Shown: positions 20,644 through 30,088 of the stretch, in pieces
How the letters are laid out: the number at the start of each line of letters is the position of its first letter
Numbering within the stretch: position 1 is the first letter of the stretch
Source: an uncultured Spirochaetota bacterium
GTDB taxonomy: Bacteria; Spirochaetota; Brevinematia; Brevinematales; JAOACQ01
DNA length: 64,000 nucleotides
Direction of reading: 5' to 3'
Assembly: GCA_963835575.1 (NCBI GenBank)
Contig: CAWIGG010000006.1
Location: forward strand, 320,001-384,000
Notes under the pieces: model-generated
The model's input: the letters and a program-made list of their open reading frames with translations, nothing else
What the model was told of the DNA's origin: nothing
Databases searched by the model: none
Program-made: the position numbers and the translations under genes

Positions 20644-21138
20644 ATGAAAAAGTCGTTAATGAAAGTATTAACGGGAAGTGTGGCAGTCGGCCTGATACTG
20701 GCTTTTGCCGGCTTGACCTACGGCGATGATTCCAAACCGGCGGATAAAGGCGGGCATGAAAAGGGCGCTGTGGGTTTTATACTCGGCATGAAAGACAAGC
20801 TCGGCCTGACGGGCGATCAGACTGATAAGCTGCAGGCTTTAAGTGATAATGAAAAGAAGGAAATGAAGCCGTTGTTTGACCAGGCGGCCGCCGACTTAAA
20901 GACACTGGTTGACAAAGTAAAAGCCGGAGCGAAAGATGATGAAATAAAGGCCGTTCTGGATACTCTTTCAGGTGACCGTCAGAATATTGAAACCGCCAGA
21001 AAGAAATATACGGACTCTGTCCGCGATATTTTAACCCCTACCCAGCAGGCCAAGATCGTTATCGCGATGACTCGGCATGATAAATGGGGAAACCATAAAG
21101 GCAAAGATAAAAAAGACAAAGGCGAAAGTGATAAATAA
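20644..21138 (+). CDS. Spy/CpxP family periplasmic protein
   Basis: Signal peptide, LGLTGDQ and ILTPTQQ (LTxxQ) motifs. Confidence 0.75.
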   Translation: MKKSLMKVLTGSVAVGLILAFAGLTYGDDSKPADKGGHEKGAVGFILGMKDKLGLTGDQTDKLQALSDNEKKEMKPLFDQAAADLKTLVDKVKAGAKDDEIKAVLDTLSGDRQNIETARKKYTDSVRDILTPTQQAKIVIAMTRHDKWGNHKGKDKKDKGESDK

Positions 21139-21145
21139 TATATAA

Positions 21146-21182
21146 GGGCGGTTCTAAAAAACAAATGTTTTTGGAACTTCCC
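21146..21182. mobile_element. 37-bp mini-element resembling IS5 ends, ATAA flanks
   Basis: ATAA-GGGCGGTTCTAAAAAAC...GTTTTTGGAACTTCCC-ATAA. Confidence 0.6.
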
Positions 21183-21202
21183 ATAAATCAAAGTGTCAGG
21201 GG

Positions 21203-21235
21203 GCCCCTCTTCTTAAATAGAAGAGGGGCTTTTTT
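21203..21235 (+). terminator. Intrinsic terminator
   Basis: GCCCCTCTTCT-loop-AGAAGAGGGGC followed by a T run. Confidence 0.8.
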
Positions 21236-21355
21236 AGTCATTAAACTCGATTTTTTTCCGCTTATATCTTCCGGATTTCTACCGGGCTTTTCAGCCGGGG
21301 CCTGTCAGGAAAAAACAATTCTTTTTCTAACTTGGAAATTAAATTACAGGAAACT

Positions 21356-21781
21356 TTAAATCAGCCCGGCCTCAAGTTCAATAACCGGTACGCCGGTCAA
21401 TGCCTTTGAAACGGGACAGTCTTTTTTAGCCTGCTCCGCGATTTTCTTGAATTCGGCTTCACTGATACGGGGAACTGAAGCTTCCGTAAACAATTTTATT
21501 TTTGTGATCGCGAAACCCTGGCCGGACTGTTCAATTGTTACCGCCGCTTCGGTGGTAATTTTTTTGGGCGGGAAACCGGCATTCCCGAGCATCAGGGAAA
21601 AGGCCATTGAAAAACAGCCGGCATGCGCGGCGCCTATTAACTCTTCCGGGTTTGTTCCGCTCCCGTTTTCGAAGCGGGACGCGAATGAATAGCTTCCTTT
21701 TATTTTTCCTTCACCCAGTTCCATGGTCCCTTTGCCGTCTTTTATCGTTCCTTCCCAGATGGCTTTTCCTTTCCTTGTCAT
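21356..21781 (-). CDS. osmC: OsmC family peroxiredoxin
   Basis: GTNPEELIGAAHAGCFSMA and CPVSKAL. Confidence 0.95.
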   Translation of the reverse strand: MTRKGKAIWEGTIKDGKGTMELGEGKIKGSYSFASRFENGSGTNPEELIGAAHAGCFSMAFSLMLGNAGFPPKKITTEAAVTIEQSGQGFAITKIKLFTEASVPRISEAEFKKIAEQAKKDCPVSKALTGVPVIELEAGLI

Positions 21782-21950
21782 AGAACCTCCTTATTTGACA
21801 ATTATTTTTCGTTATATAAAAAAATATAGTAAAGATTTTCTTTAAAGTAAAACCTTATGGAAAAATGAATTTGTCAATGTGCCGGGGATTTGTTGAAATT
21901 TTCCAGTATTACAGATAGAATTTTTAATTAGAAGTAATAATGGGGTTTTT

Positions 21951-22571
21951 ATGAAGAAAGCAGAATATGAGCCGGCGGTATTCCTGGGAATGCTCCTGGG
22001 GCATGCCTTCCTGATTGTATCGGGTATTGCTTATTTGACAGCCTGGATATTGAATTACGGCCAATTGATGTTTATGTCGGACGCCTCATCGGCGGTTTTC
22101 TTCAATATTTCAGTCGCATCCGGATTGATCGGCTGCGGCTGGCTTTTTTATTCCATCAGCAGCTTGAATGGGTCCATACATGGAAAAAAATTAAAAATTC
22201 TTCATATTATTATTATCGGAATCGTTTCTTTTATTCTGGTCTGGATGGGCACGGAAAAGCTGATGAAACGCATATTTACATCGGAACTTTTCCTCATATT
22301 TTCCTGGGGAATATTGGAATTCAGCGCGCTTTATACCTGTTTCCATAAACAATGGTTCGGTAATATTCAAGCAAAAATTATCATGGCGCTGATCAGCGTG
22401 TCCTTATTGACAGGCCTTGTCTGCTATTGTCTGCACTTCATTTTTAAGGGGATGAACCGTTTCATAAACGGCATGATACCTTACGGCATTATTTCCATTA
22501 TAGAAGCATTGATCTGCATCATTTTATTGGCCAATCATTCATCCATAACCGGCGCTAATGCGAAAAAATAG
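21951..22571 (+). CDS. Hypothetical membrane protein (~6 TM)
   Basis: 206-aa hydrophobic ORF. Confidence 0.65.
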   Translation: MKKAEYEPAVFLGMLLGHAFLIVSGIAYLTAWILNYGQLMFMSDASSAVFFNISVASGLIGCGWLFYSISSLNGSIHGKKLKILHIIIIGIVSFILVWMGTEKLMKRIFTSELFLIFSWGILEFSALYTCFHKQWFGNIQAKIIMALISVSLLTGLVCYCLHFIFKGMNRFINGMIPYGIISIIEALICIILLANHSSITGANAKK

Positions 22572-22660
22572 CTGTTTTCCGGTTATTTAGAAAATTCGAG
22601 GGCTCGCTTTCTCGCATCATGCTAAAACCCGGCTTGACGGATTGATTCAGAATAGTCTTA

Positions 22661-23317
22661 TTATTCCAGCTTGTCTTTATCGGGATCATAAACTTTCGGT
22701 TTCCCGTCGTTTTGTATAAAAACTTTTGTCCCCGCGGGAAAAGAACCCCAGTTTTTTGAAATAACAAAAATCCTGATTATATTTTTAGCATCCCAGATGA
22801 CATCAGTATTTGCTTTTAATATTTTCCCGTCCTTATCCTTCCAGTCTTGAGCTATTGTACATTCTTTTGAATTGCCGCTTTCATAAAAAATGACCGCGGT
22901 TTTGCCTTTTAACATCATGCCTGTGTCAGTATCAATCCAATTTTTTGATAAAGTGAATTGCTTAAAATTACCATTTTCAAAAAAAAGCAGATCGGTATTT
23001 GCTTTTATTCTCTTGCCGTCATGATGGTCAAGCCAGTCTTTAGCCAGAATGAATTTTTCAGGCGCTCCGTTGGAGTACATTGTGACTTCAGAATTGCCTT
23101 TCATTGTCCATTCCATAATTTTATCCGTCCAATCTGCCGCCAATATGATTTTTTTGATTGTCCCATTTTCATATGTTTCAAAAGTCGAACCTTTTTTAAT
23201 TTTCATACCATTCTTCAGCGGTATCTCATTTTTCGCTGTTCCGGTTGTGTCGCCGAATAAATTGATGCCTGTGCTTAGAAACACTATAGTAAGCAATAAA
23301 ATTATTGTCCTTTTCAT
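22661..23317 (-). CDS. Exported protein with five ~32-aa repeats
   Basis: Signal peptide; repeats of K-x-N-T-x3-F-Y-E-N-G-x2-K-x-F-x-L-A-K-D-W. Confidence 0.75.
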   Translation of the reverse strand: MKRTIILLLTIVFLSTGINLFGDTTGTAKNEIPLKNGMKIKKGSTFETYENGTIKKIILAADWTDKIMEWTMKGNSEVTMYSNGAPEKFILAKDWLDHHDGKRIKANTDLLFFENGNFKQFTLSKNWIDTDTGMMLKGKTAVIFYESGNSKECTIAQDWKDKDGKILKANTDVIWDAKNIIRIFVISKNWGSFPAGTKVFIQNDGKPKVYDPDKDKLE

Positions 23318-23359
23318 AACTACTCCTTTTTTTTATATTAAATCCGTGTTTTTACTTAA

Positions 23360-24643
23360 GGGCGGTTTTAAAAACCGTCTAATTTATCAACACTTCCCTG
23401 ATAATAGAAAATATTTTCAAAATATTTCTGCCAACAGGTTAAAAACTGTTTCTATTACCAAAATTCAGCCAAACACGGGCAATATTATCCATATCTTCTG
23501 TATTTTAAGCCGCACAAGACGCAATTCGACCTTTTACCACAACATACCGTGCTAAATTATAAACCAGATTCATCAGCCCGATTTGGCTCTCTGCCCTTTC
23601 TTTTCCTATCGATCGTATTGTACTGCCGTTCATACTATTTTCAACAAAACCAAAAACATGCTCAACACGAACTCGGATGCGGCTCTTTCTTCTATTTTTT
23701 TCTTTCTGCTTCTCCGTCAATGGCTTATTTCTGTATCCTTTTTCGTGAATCCGGTTTTTCATCTCAAATTTTTCTAATATTCCTGCTACCGTTGGGCCAA
23801 CATATGCGCTGTCCGCGTAAAACGGCTTCCCTTTGTCTTTCTCATTCAATAGAGGTTCAACTACCTGTGAATCGTGAACGCTCGCATCTGTCGTGACATA
23901 AGAACGAATAAGTTTTGACTTCACATCAACCTTTGTATGGTTTTTGTATCCGTAATGCCTCTCTTTATTCTTGGTCATCCAGCGCGCATCCTTGTCTTTA
24001 TGGGAAAGCTTATGCGTATTATCTTTCCAATCTTCCGGAACCTCGCCTTCTTTTATTTTCTTGTTTTCTTCGCGGCTGTTCCTCTGCCGGGGAACATCCA
24101 CAAAACTTGCGTCTACCATAACGCCCGCTTTCCCTATCACACCTTTATTCTCAAGATTCTCATCGAATATTTTAAAAAGTTTCTCTATTGCTTTCGCTTT
24201 CGTCAGTTTTTCCTTGAATTCCCAGATTTTACTGTAGTCCGGAACTTTGTCCGAAAGTGTTATCCCAAGATATCGCTGAACGGATAACCTGTCATTGATC
24301 TGAAATTCCGCTTGCTCATCGGAAAGATTGTAATACCTCTGGAATATCAGTATCTTGAACATGAAAACATAGTCATAATGTGGCGCTCCACCCGGCGCCT
24401 TCTGCTCTTTCGGCGCCAAAATCTCTGTTAACAGCGGCCGGAACATCTCAAAGTCTACAACTCTGTTAAGCTTATCCAGCGGTGTTTTTACGCCGCTTAG
24501 CTTTTCCATCCGCTCCTGATATTCAAACAAGTTACGGTCTTTCCGCTTAATTTTTGTCATAGCCTTACCTCTGTTTTCTTTGACTATGATTATATGTTTT
24601 TATATACTATTTGTATATGATACGTGGGTTTTTCAAACCGCCC
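23360..24643 (-). mobile_element. IS5 family insertion sequence, 1284 bp
   Basis: TIRs GGGCGGTTTTAAAAACC / GGTTTTTCAAACCGCCC (16/17); TTAA duplicated at 23356-23359 and 24644-24647. Confidence 0.92.
23505..24560 (-). CDS. IS5 family DDE transposase
   Basis: LSDEQAEFQINDRLS, VDAS, YGYKNH, HDS, ADSAY, RVRVEHVFG. Confidence 0.95.
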   Translation of the reverse strand: MTKIKRKDRNLFEYQERMEKLSGVKTPLDKLNRVVDFEMFRPLLTEILAPKEQKAPGGAPHYDYVFMFKILIFQRYYNLSDEQAEFQINDRLSVQRYLGITLSDKVPDYSKIWEFKEKLTKAKAIEKLFKIFDENLENKGVIGKAGVMVDASFVDVPRQRNSREENKKIKEGEVPEDWKDNTHKLSHKDKDARWMTKNKERHYGYKNHTKVDVKSKLIRSYVTTDASVHDSQVVEPLLNEKDKGKPFYADSAYVGPTVAGILEKFEMKNRIHEKGYRNKPLTEKQKEKNRRKSRIRVRVEHVFGFVENSMNGSTIRSIGKERAESQIGLMNLVYNLARYVVVKGRIASCAA

Positions 24644-24918
24644 TTAATAATATAAATATTATAAACTATAAGATGCATAATTTCCAAAAATCCTTGTGAT
24701 GCTTTTGCGCCTGAATTGAGCGGTTTAATTTATTAAAAGCGATTGATAAAAACCGCTTAATTATCATATTTCTTTTAATTCAATAAGGTTGAAATCTATG
24801 ATAAAGATGCGGAATAAAACTTTTTTTATTGTTCCCCGGGTCCTAACAGGTATTGTCCTGGTTTTATAACTTGAGAAGACCGGAATATTGAATTAAAAGG
24901 ATTATCAAAAACTTCTAT

Positions 24919-26040
24919 TTATAAAATGCCTGCAAAAGCTGTTGCCCTGGGCTTTACCATGATTTCAGGGTCCCAGTCATGAGCATCCGGCACAAAAGAG
25001 ATGAAGATAAATTTTTCGACCGGATCGATGAAAAGGGAACACCAGCCCCAGCCTTCATGATTGTAAGTGAAAGGCCCGACCGCAGGCCCGTCGCAGTAGA
25101 AGCCCCAGCCCAGGCCCTGCCTGTAGTTTCTGCAGTTCTTGCCCCAGTGGAATGCCGGCACCCCTTCCAGCTGGTTCCGGGTCATTTCCTCGACGGTCTT
25201 CCGCCCGAGGACCCTGCTTCCGTTATATTCTCCGCCGTTGAGGAAACACTGCGCAAATTTAAATATGTCATACATGGTTGAAAAGACACCGGCGCCGCCG
25301 GCGGGAGCGCCTTTTCTTTCTTTTGCCGATGTCATCCTCTTTTTTTCCCAGTCCACAGTGAAGCTTACTTCAGGCCAGAGGGCCTCAGGGACTTCCATAA
25401 AAGAGCGGTTCATCCCGAGGGGCTGGAACAGGGCTTTTTCCATGTATTCATGGTAATGCATCCCGGATACCCGGGTGATGACTTCCGCCAGGACGCTGAA
25501 CCCGGATGTGCAATAGTTCCAATTTTCGCCCGGCTTATTCTGGACAACCCCGGACAGTATTCCTTTCTTGATCCAGTTTTCGCACCTGAGAGCCTCCCAT
25601 CTATCTTCCGGATAGGGTTCAAGAAAATAACCGCCGTCGGCGGGAATACCGGAAGTATGCGTGAGCAGATGCCACAGGTTTATTCCGCTATGCATGGGCG
25701 TATCGAATTCCTTGATGATGGTTTTAACCGGCTGTTCGAGCCAGAGAAAGCCGTCTTCCACAAGCTTCATAACGGCTGCGGCCGTTAAGACTTTGCTCAT
25801 TGAAGCAATGCGCTTGATAGAATCCGGTTTAAAAAGCCCTTTTTTTGTTTCATAATTCAGATTGCCCAGCGACTGGTGGGCGAAAATCCTTCCTTCTCTG
25901 GCCAGGAGGAATCCGGCGCCCTGGATCCTTCCGGCTTCATAAAGGCGGAGGTATTGATCCGCAATCCGGTTGAGTTTCTGCTGGTCAAAACGGGCTTCTT
26001 CAGCCGTAATATTTACCGCGCCTTGAATATACTCGCTCAT
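24919..26040 (-). CDS. Serine hydrolase, beta-lactamase family
   Basis: ASMSK (SxxK), LLTHTSG, WNY, HEGW. Confidence 0.9.
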   Translation of the reverse strand: MSEYIQGAVNITAEEARFDQQKLNRIADQYLRLYEAGRIQGAGFLLAREGRIFAHQSLGNLNYETKKGLFKPDSIKRIASMSKVLTAAAVMKLVEDGFLWLEQPVKTIIKEFDTPMHSGINLWHLLTHTSGIPADGGYFLEPYPEDRWEALRCENWIKKGILSGVVQNKPGENWNYCTSGFSVLAEVITRVSGMHYHEYMEKALFQPLGMNRSFMEVPEALWPEVSFTVDWEKKRMTSAKERKGAPAGGAGVFSTMYDIFKFAQCFLNGGEYNGSRVLGRKTVEEMTRNQLEGVPAFHWGKNCRNYRQGLGWGFYCDGPAVGPFTYNHEGWGWCSLFIDPVEKFIFISFVPDAHDWDPEIMVKPRATAFAGIL

Positions 26041-26189
26041 AACACACTCCGATAAAAATAATTTCTATTCAAAAGACTTATTTTCATGAATAGTAAGTTT
26101 TTAAAATATATACTGCTTTTTCCCGATATTTCATGCAGGCATTATTTTATTTATACTCCCGGGATCTATCCTTATATTTAATTAAAATC

Positions 26190-27709
26190 GTAACTATCCA
26201 GCCACTAAAAAATAGTCACATGAAATATTTGCATTGAGCATGAAACCATGCTATTCTATAGCATGAATGAAGATAGAAGAGAAAAAGACTGTGCGGCCTG
26301 CTTAAAACGATTTGAAGGCATCATTGCTGATTTACAAAACCAGATAAAGGAGCAGGGTTTAATCATTCAAAGACAAGCGGAAAAGATTAAGAAATTGGAA
26401 GAACAGCTTAATAAGGACAGCCATAACAGCAATAAACCGCCGTCTTCCGATAATCCATTCCAAAATACAGTAAAGAATTTACGGAAAAAGAGCGGTAAAA
26501 AACAAGGCGGCCAGTTTGGACATAAGGGAAATACTCTGAAGAAAGTAGAAAGCCCTGATAAGATCATAGAACATCAGGTTGAAAAATGTTCCTGTTGTGG
26601 AATTGATTTAAGTTCCGAATCAGTTAAGCGGACGGAAAGAAGGCAGGTGTTCGATATACCTCCGATAAAAGTGGAAGTTACCGAACATCGCTCGGAAGTA
26701 AAAGATTGTCCGCATTGCGGTGCGAGAGTAACGGCGGAGTTTCCGGAAGGCATAACCAATAAGGCACAGTATGGAAAAAACATTAAAGCGCATCTGGTCT
26801 ATATGAAAACATATGGGTTGATACCCTATGAAAGGCTTTCGGAATACGCCGAATGTTTATTGGGAGTGCCGCTCAGCAAGGCAACGATTGAAGGATTTAT
26901 CCGGGAGACCTACAATAAATTAGAAGAGTATGAACAGAAAGTCATAGAACTGATACTAAAAGAAGTGGTTCTTCACTGTGATGAAACCGGTATTCGGATA
27001 AAAGGGTTATTAAAATGGCTCCATGTTGCCTCGAATGAACGTTTTACCTATTATTTTTCTCATGACAAACGCGGCACAGAGGCGATGCGTGCGATGGACA
27101 TTCTCACAAGATTTACCGGTATTATTATCCACGATGGATGGAAAAGTTATCTGGAATTCTTATGCCGTCATGGATTGTGTAATGTACACCATTTGAGAGA
27201 GCTAATCTGGATACATGAGGAAATGGGTCAGGAATGGGCTAAGGAGATGGGTAATCTTCTTATAAGGATTAAGAATGATAAAGAGGCAAGTTTTCCAATA
27301 CCGGCGGAAAGGATTATAGAATATGATACGGAATATGACCGGATCATCGCGAAAGGATTTGCTGTAAATCCAACGCCTGAAAAGCCGGAAGGACTTGTTA
27401 AACGCGGCAGAAAAAAGCGGGGCAAGGTTTTATGCCTATTAGACCGATTAAGAAAATATAAAGAATCTGTCCTTTTATTTATGCGGGAAAAAGATGTTCC
27501 ATTCAGCAACAATTTGGCGGAACGGGATATCAGAATGATAAAAGTCCAGCAGAAAATATCAGGTACATTCAGAAGCTGGAATGGAGCGGCTGCCTTTTGC
27601 AGAATCAGGGGTTATATATCTACAGTAAAAAAGATGGGCGTCAGTGTTTATCAAGCCCTTATTGACGCGTTGAACGGCTCCGCTATTAAATATGCGGCTG
27701 GATAGTTAC
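26190..27709 (+). mobile_element. IS66 family element, single-ORF (ISBst12-like), 1520 bp
   Basis: 14-bp TIRs GTAACTATCCAGCC / GGCTGGATAGTTAC; 8-bp TSD TTAAAATC at 26182-26189 and 27710-27717. Confidence 0.93.
26248..27705 (+). CDS. IS66 family transposase
   Basis: NSNKPPSSD, GGQFGHKG, zinc-finger Cys pairs, DETG, HDG, NNLAERDIR. Confidence 0.95.
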   Translation: MLFYSMNEDRREKDCAACLKRFEGIIADLQNQIKEQGLIIQRQAEKIKKLEEQLNKDSHNSNKPPSSDNPFQNTVKNLRKKSGKKQGGQFGHKGNTLKKVESPDKIIEHQVEKCSCCGIDLSSESVKRTERRQVFDIPPIKVEVTEHRSEVKDCPHCGARVTAEFPEGITNKAQYGKNIKAHLVYMKTYGLIPYERLSEYAECLLGVPLSKATIEGFIRETYNKLEEYEQKVIELILKEVVLHCDETGIRIKGLLKWLHVASNERFTYYFSHDKRGTEAMRAMDILTRFTGIIIHDGWKSYLEFLCRHGLCNVHHLRELIWIHEEMGQEWAKEMGNLLIRIKNDKEASFPIPAERIIEYDTEYDRIIAKGFAVNPTPEKPEGLVKRGRKKRGKVLCLLDRLRKYKESVLLFMREKDVPFSNNLAERDIRMIKVQQKISGTFRSWNGAAAFCRIRGYISTVKKMGVSVYQALIDALNGSAIKYAAG

Positions 27710-27907
27710 TTAAAATCATTATATCCTGAAAAAGTATATTATTCAATTGACAGGCAGAATAAATCTTTCTTCATAAATTAAACGGCCGGCAGTTCTAAAA
27801 ATCAAGATTTTTGGGACCGCACTTAAATAACAACATATTATTAATTGAAATATTTTCAATATTGATATATAAATAATCAATCTAATATTTTAAGTTCGGG
27901 GCTAAAA

Positions 27908-29074
27908 ATGGAAGAAATTAATAACACCTATTCAAATGTGGAATTATACGCGAACAGTCTCTATTCCGGAATGATACTTAAGGGCAATCTCTGCCTGGAA
28001 GACGGAAGAGTCATCTATCCGGCTAACAGGCCGCTTTCGAAAGACTTTATCAATGACCTGCTGGCAAAAGGAATAAAAAAAATTTATTACCAGAAGCCGC
28101 TGGTCAATTATCAGGCGGAAGAGAAACAGGTTTATCCCAATGAGCTTCTGGAAAAAGCTTATGCCCTTTCAGAGAAAATCGGCTATGCGGTGGTAAAAAG
28201 GACCCCCCTGCCTGAAAAAGAAATCAATGAAACCGTAGAGAAATTTATTGAAAGAGTGTCCGTCGCTGAGAAAGGGACTTTGCTCAATCTGGCGGAATTA
28301 GAGGAATATGACGAGCATACTTATTTCAATGCAGTCAATGTCGCTCTGGTTTCGGTTTTATTCGGAAAACTGCTTTCCTGGAAGCATGAGCAGATTAAGA
28401 TGCTGGGAATAGGGGCATTACTGCATGATGTCGGTAAGCTTTTGATAACGAAGGAAATCTTAAATAAAAAAAACGAATTGACGGAAGAAGAATTTGAGAT
28501 CATAAAAAAGCATGCCACATACGGCTACAGCCTTTTAAAAAGCCAGACCAGCTACAGCGACCAGATATTAAAAATAGCGCTGATGCATCATGAAACCTGG
28601 GACGGCACAGGCTATCCTATGGGAATTACAAGGGATAAACTGGAGGACATGCCTCAAATCGTTTCCATTTGCGATTATTATGTCGCTGTTACAAGCGATA
28701 AAATATACAGGGATAAATTCGCCAACTGGAAAGCTTTGATAATGATACGGAAAAATGCCGGTACTAAATTCAATCCCCGGTTCGCCGCGGAGTTTATCAA
28801 TAGAATGCCGGCTTACCTGGTCGCCGAGACAATATTTCATATGGGGGATTTTGTAGAATTAAACACCAATGAAATTGGCGAGGTAATCCAGCTCGCGAAA
28901 GTGGAAACGCTCAAACCCACGATTAAGATTTATATCAACGGGAACGGGGAAGTAATCAAGTATCCCCTGCAGATCAACCTGGAATTGGATAACACCAGAT
29001 GGATTGAGACGATTATTGAAGATAAGGAAAAACTGAACCGGATCAATACCATTAAAAGTTCATCAAGCAGGTAA
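27908..29074 (+). CDS. HD-GYP domain protein (c-di-GMP phosphodiesterase-like)
   Basis: LLHDVGK, HHETWDGTGYP. Confidence 0.88.
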   Translation: MEEINNTYSNVELYANSLYSGMILKGNLCLEDGRVIYPANRPLSKDFINDLLAKGIKKIYYQKPLVNYQAEEKQVYPNELLEKAYALSEKIGYAVVKRTPLPEKEINETVEKFIERVSVAEKGTLLNLAELEEYDEHTYFNAVNVALVSVLFGKLLSWKHEQIKMLGIGALLHDVGKLLITKEILNKKNELTEEEFEIIKKHATYGYSLLKSQTSYSDQILKIALMHHETWDGTGYPMGITRDKLEDMPQIVSICDYYVAVTSDKIYRDKFANWKALIMIRKNAGTKFNPRFAAEFINRMPAYLVAETIFHMGDFVELNTNEIGEVIQLAKVETLKPTIKIYINGNGEVIKYPLQINLELDNTRWIETIIEDKEKLNRINTIKSSSSR

Positions 29075-29122
29075 TATCCGGCCGTCTTGTCATGAAATTT
29101 CATTAATGTGATAAGATTTTGT

Positions 29123-29890
29123 TCATTTTCTTTTCTGATTTTTTAATCCGAATTTATTATCGAGAAGATTGATTGACTGCAAAATGATAAAAGCTTCGTC
29201 GCTTGTCTTCATATCCAATTTAATACCGGTGTTTTTCAAAAGCTCTTTCATTTTATTCGATAAATAGGAAATTGAATTGGAGATATAAACAGGGAAATAC
29301 CAGAAATATCCGAAAGCCAGTATAATACAGATGGCGCCTATGACAGCCATGATGCTGATGATGTTTACAGAGTCGCGGATTGTCAGCTGGTTTTTCCGGA
29401 CGACAGCCTGCATATTGACATCGTTTATATTATTGATGGAATGCCTCAACTTTTCATAAGAAGGCAGGAATTCGGTGAAATAGAGAACGCCGGCATAAGT
29501 TCCTTTTCTGATCTGGACGCTGAGGCTTGAGTAAATATCATAATCCCTGTTGAGCGTATCGACATATTCCTTTTCATGAATTTCCGTTATATTATTGTTT
29601 TCCGCTTTTAAATTTTTTTCAAATTCGGCTTTTCCTGTCTCAAAAAGGCGCAGGTAATATTCCGTTAATTTATTATCCTTAGAATTCAATATACTGCTTA
29701 TTGAAGCCGTCATATCATCCAGGCTATAAAACATATTTTTTGAATACACAAGGGAATCATAATTATCCTTCAGGATATTGCTGGACTCCTGAGCCAGTTT
29801 CCCGATATAAATAGAAGAAAAAACCACCAGTGCCAGTATGATCATAAAAAGGAAGCCCAGACCAAGGGAAAGCTTTGTTTTCAGCGTCAT
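29123..29890 (-). CDS. Membrane protein with four-helix-bundle sensory domain and no output domain
   Basis: MTLKTKLSLG TM1, ILKDNYDSL helical periplasmic region, TM2, short tail. Confidence 0.65.
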   Translation of the reverse strand: MTLKTKLSLGLGFLFMIILALVVFSSIYIGKLAQESSNILKDNYDSLVYSKNMFYSLDDMTASISSILNSKDNKLTEYYLRLFETGKAEFEKNLKAENNNITEIHEKEYVDTLNRDYDIYSSLSVQIRKGTYAGVLYFTEFLPSYEKLRHSINNINDVNMQAVVRKNQLTIRDSVNIISIMAVIGAICIILAFGYFWYFPVYISNSISYLSNKMKELLKNTGIKLDMKTSDEAFIILQSINLLDNKFGLKNQKRK

Positions 29891-30088
29891 AAATCCCTCC
29901 ATAAATAGTTTTAATCCCATTGCGGTAAAAAACCGGACTTGGCATATTTTATACCTCATCCGCTTTTTTATCAAATATTAAATATATATTACAGGTTACA
30001 TTAGACTTTTAAATATATTTTTTATATTTTGCTATTGTGAATTTATCCAATTGAATTTAAAATATTAAAAAAATGGGGGTGAATCCCT

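Noticed and set aside
23360..27709. Composite transposon carrying the serine hydrolase
   Set aside because: The two IS belong to different families and each has its own TSD, so they are independent insertions.
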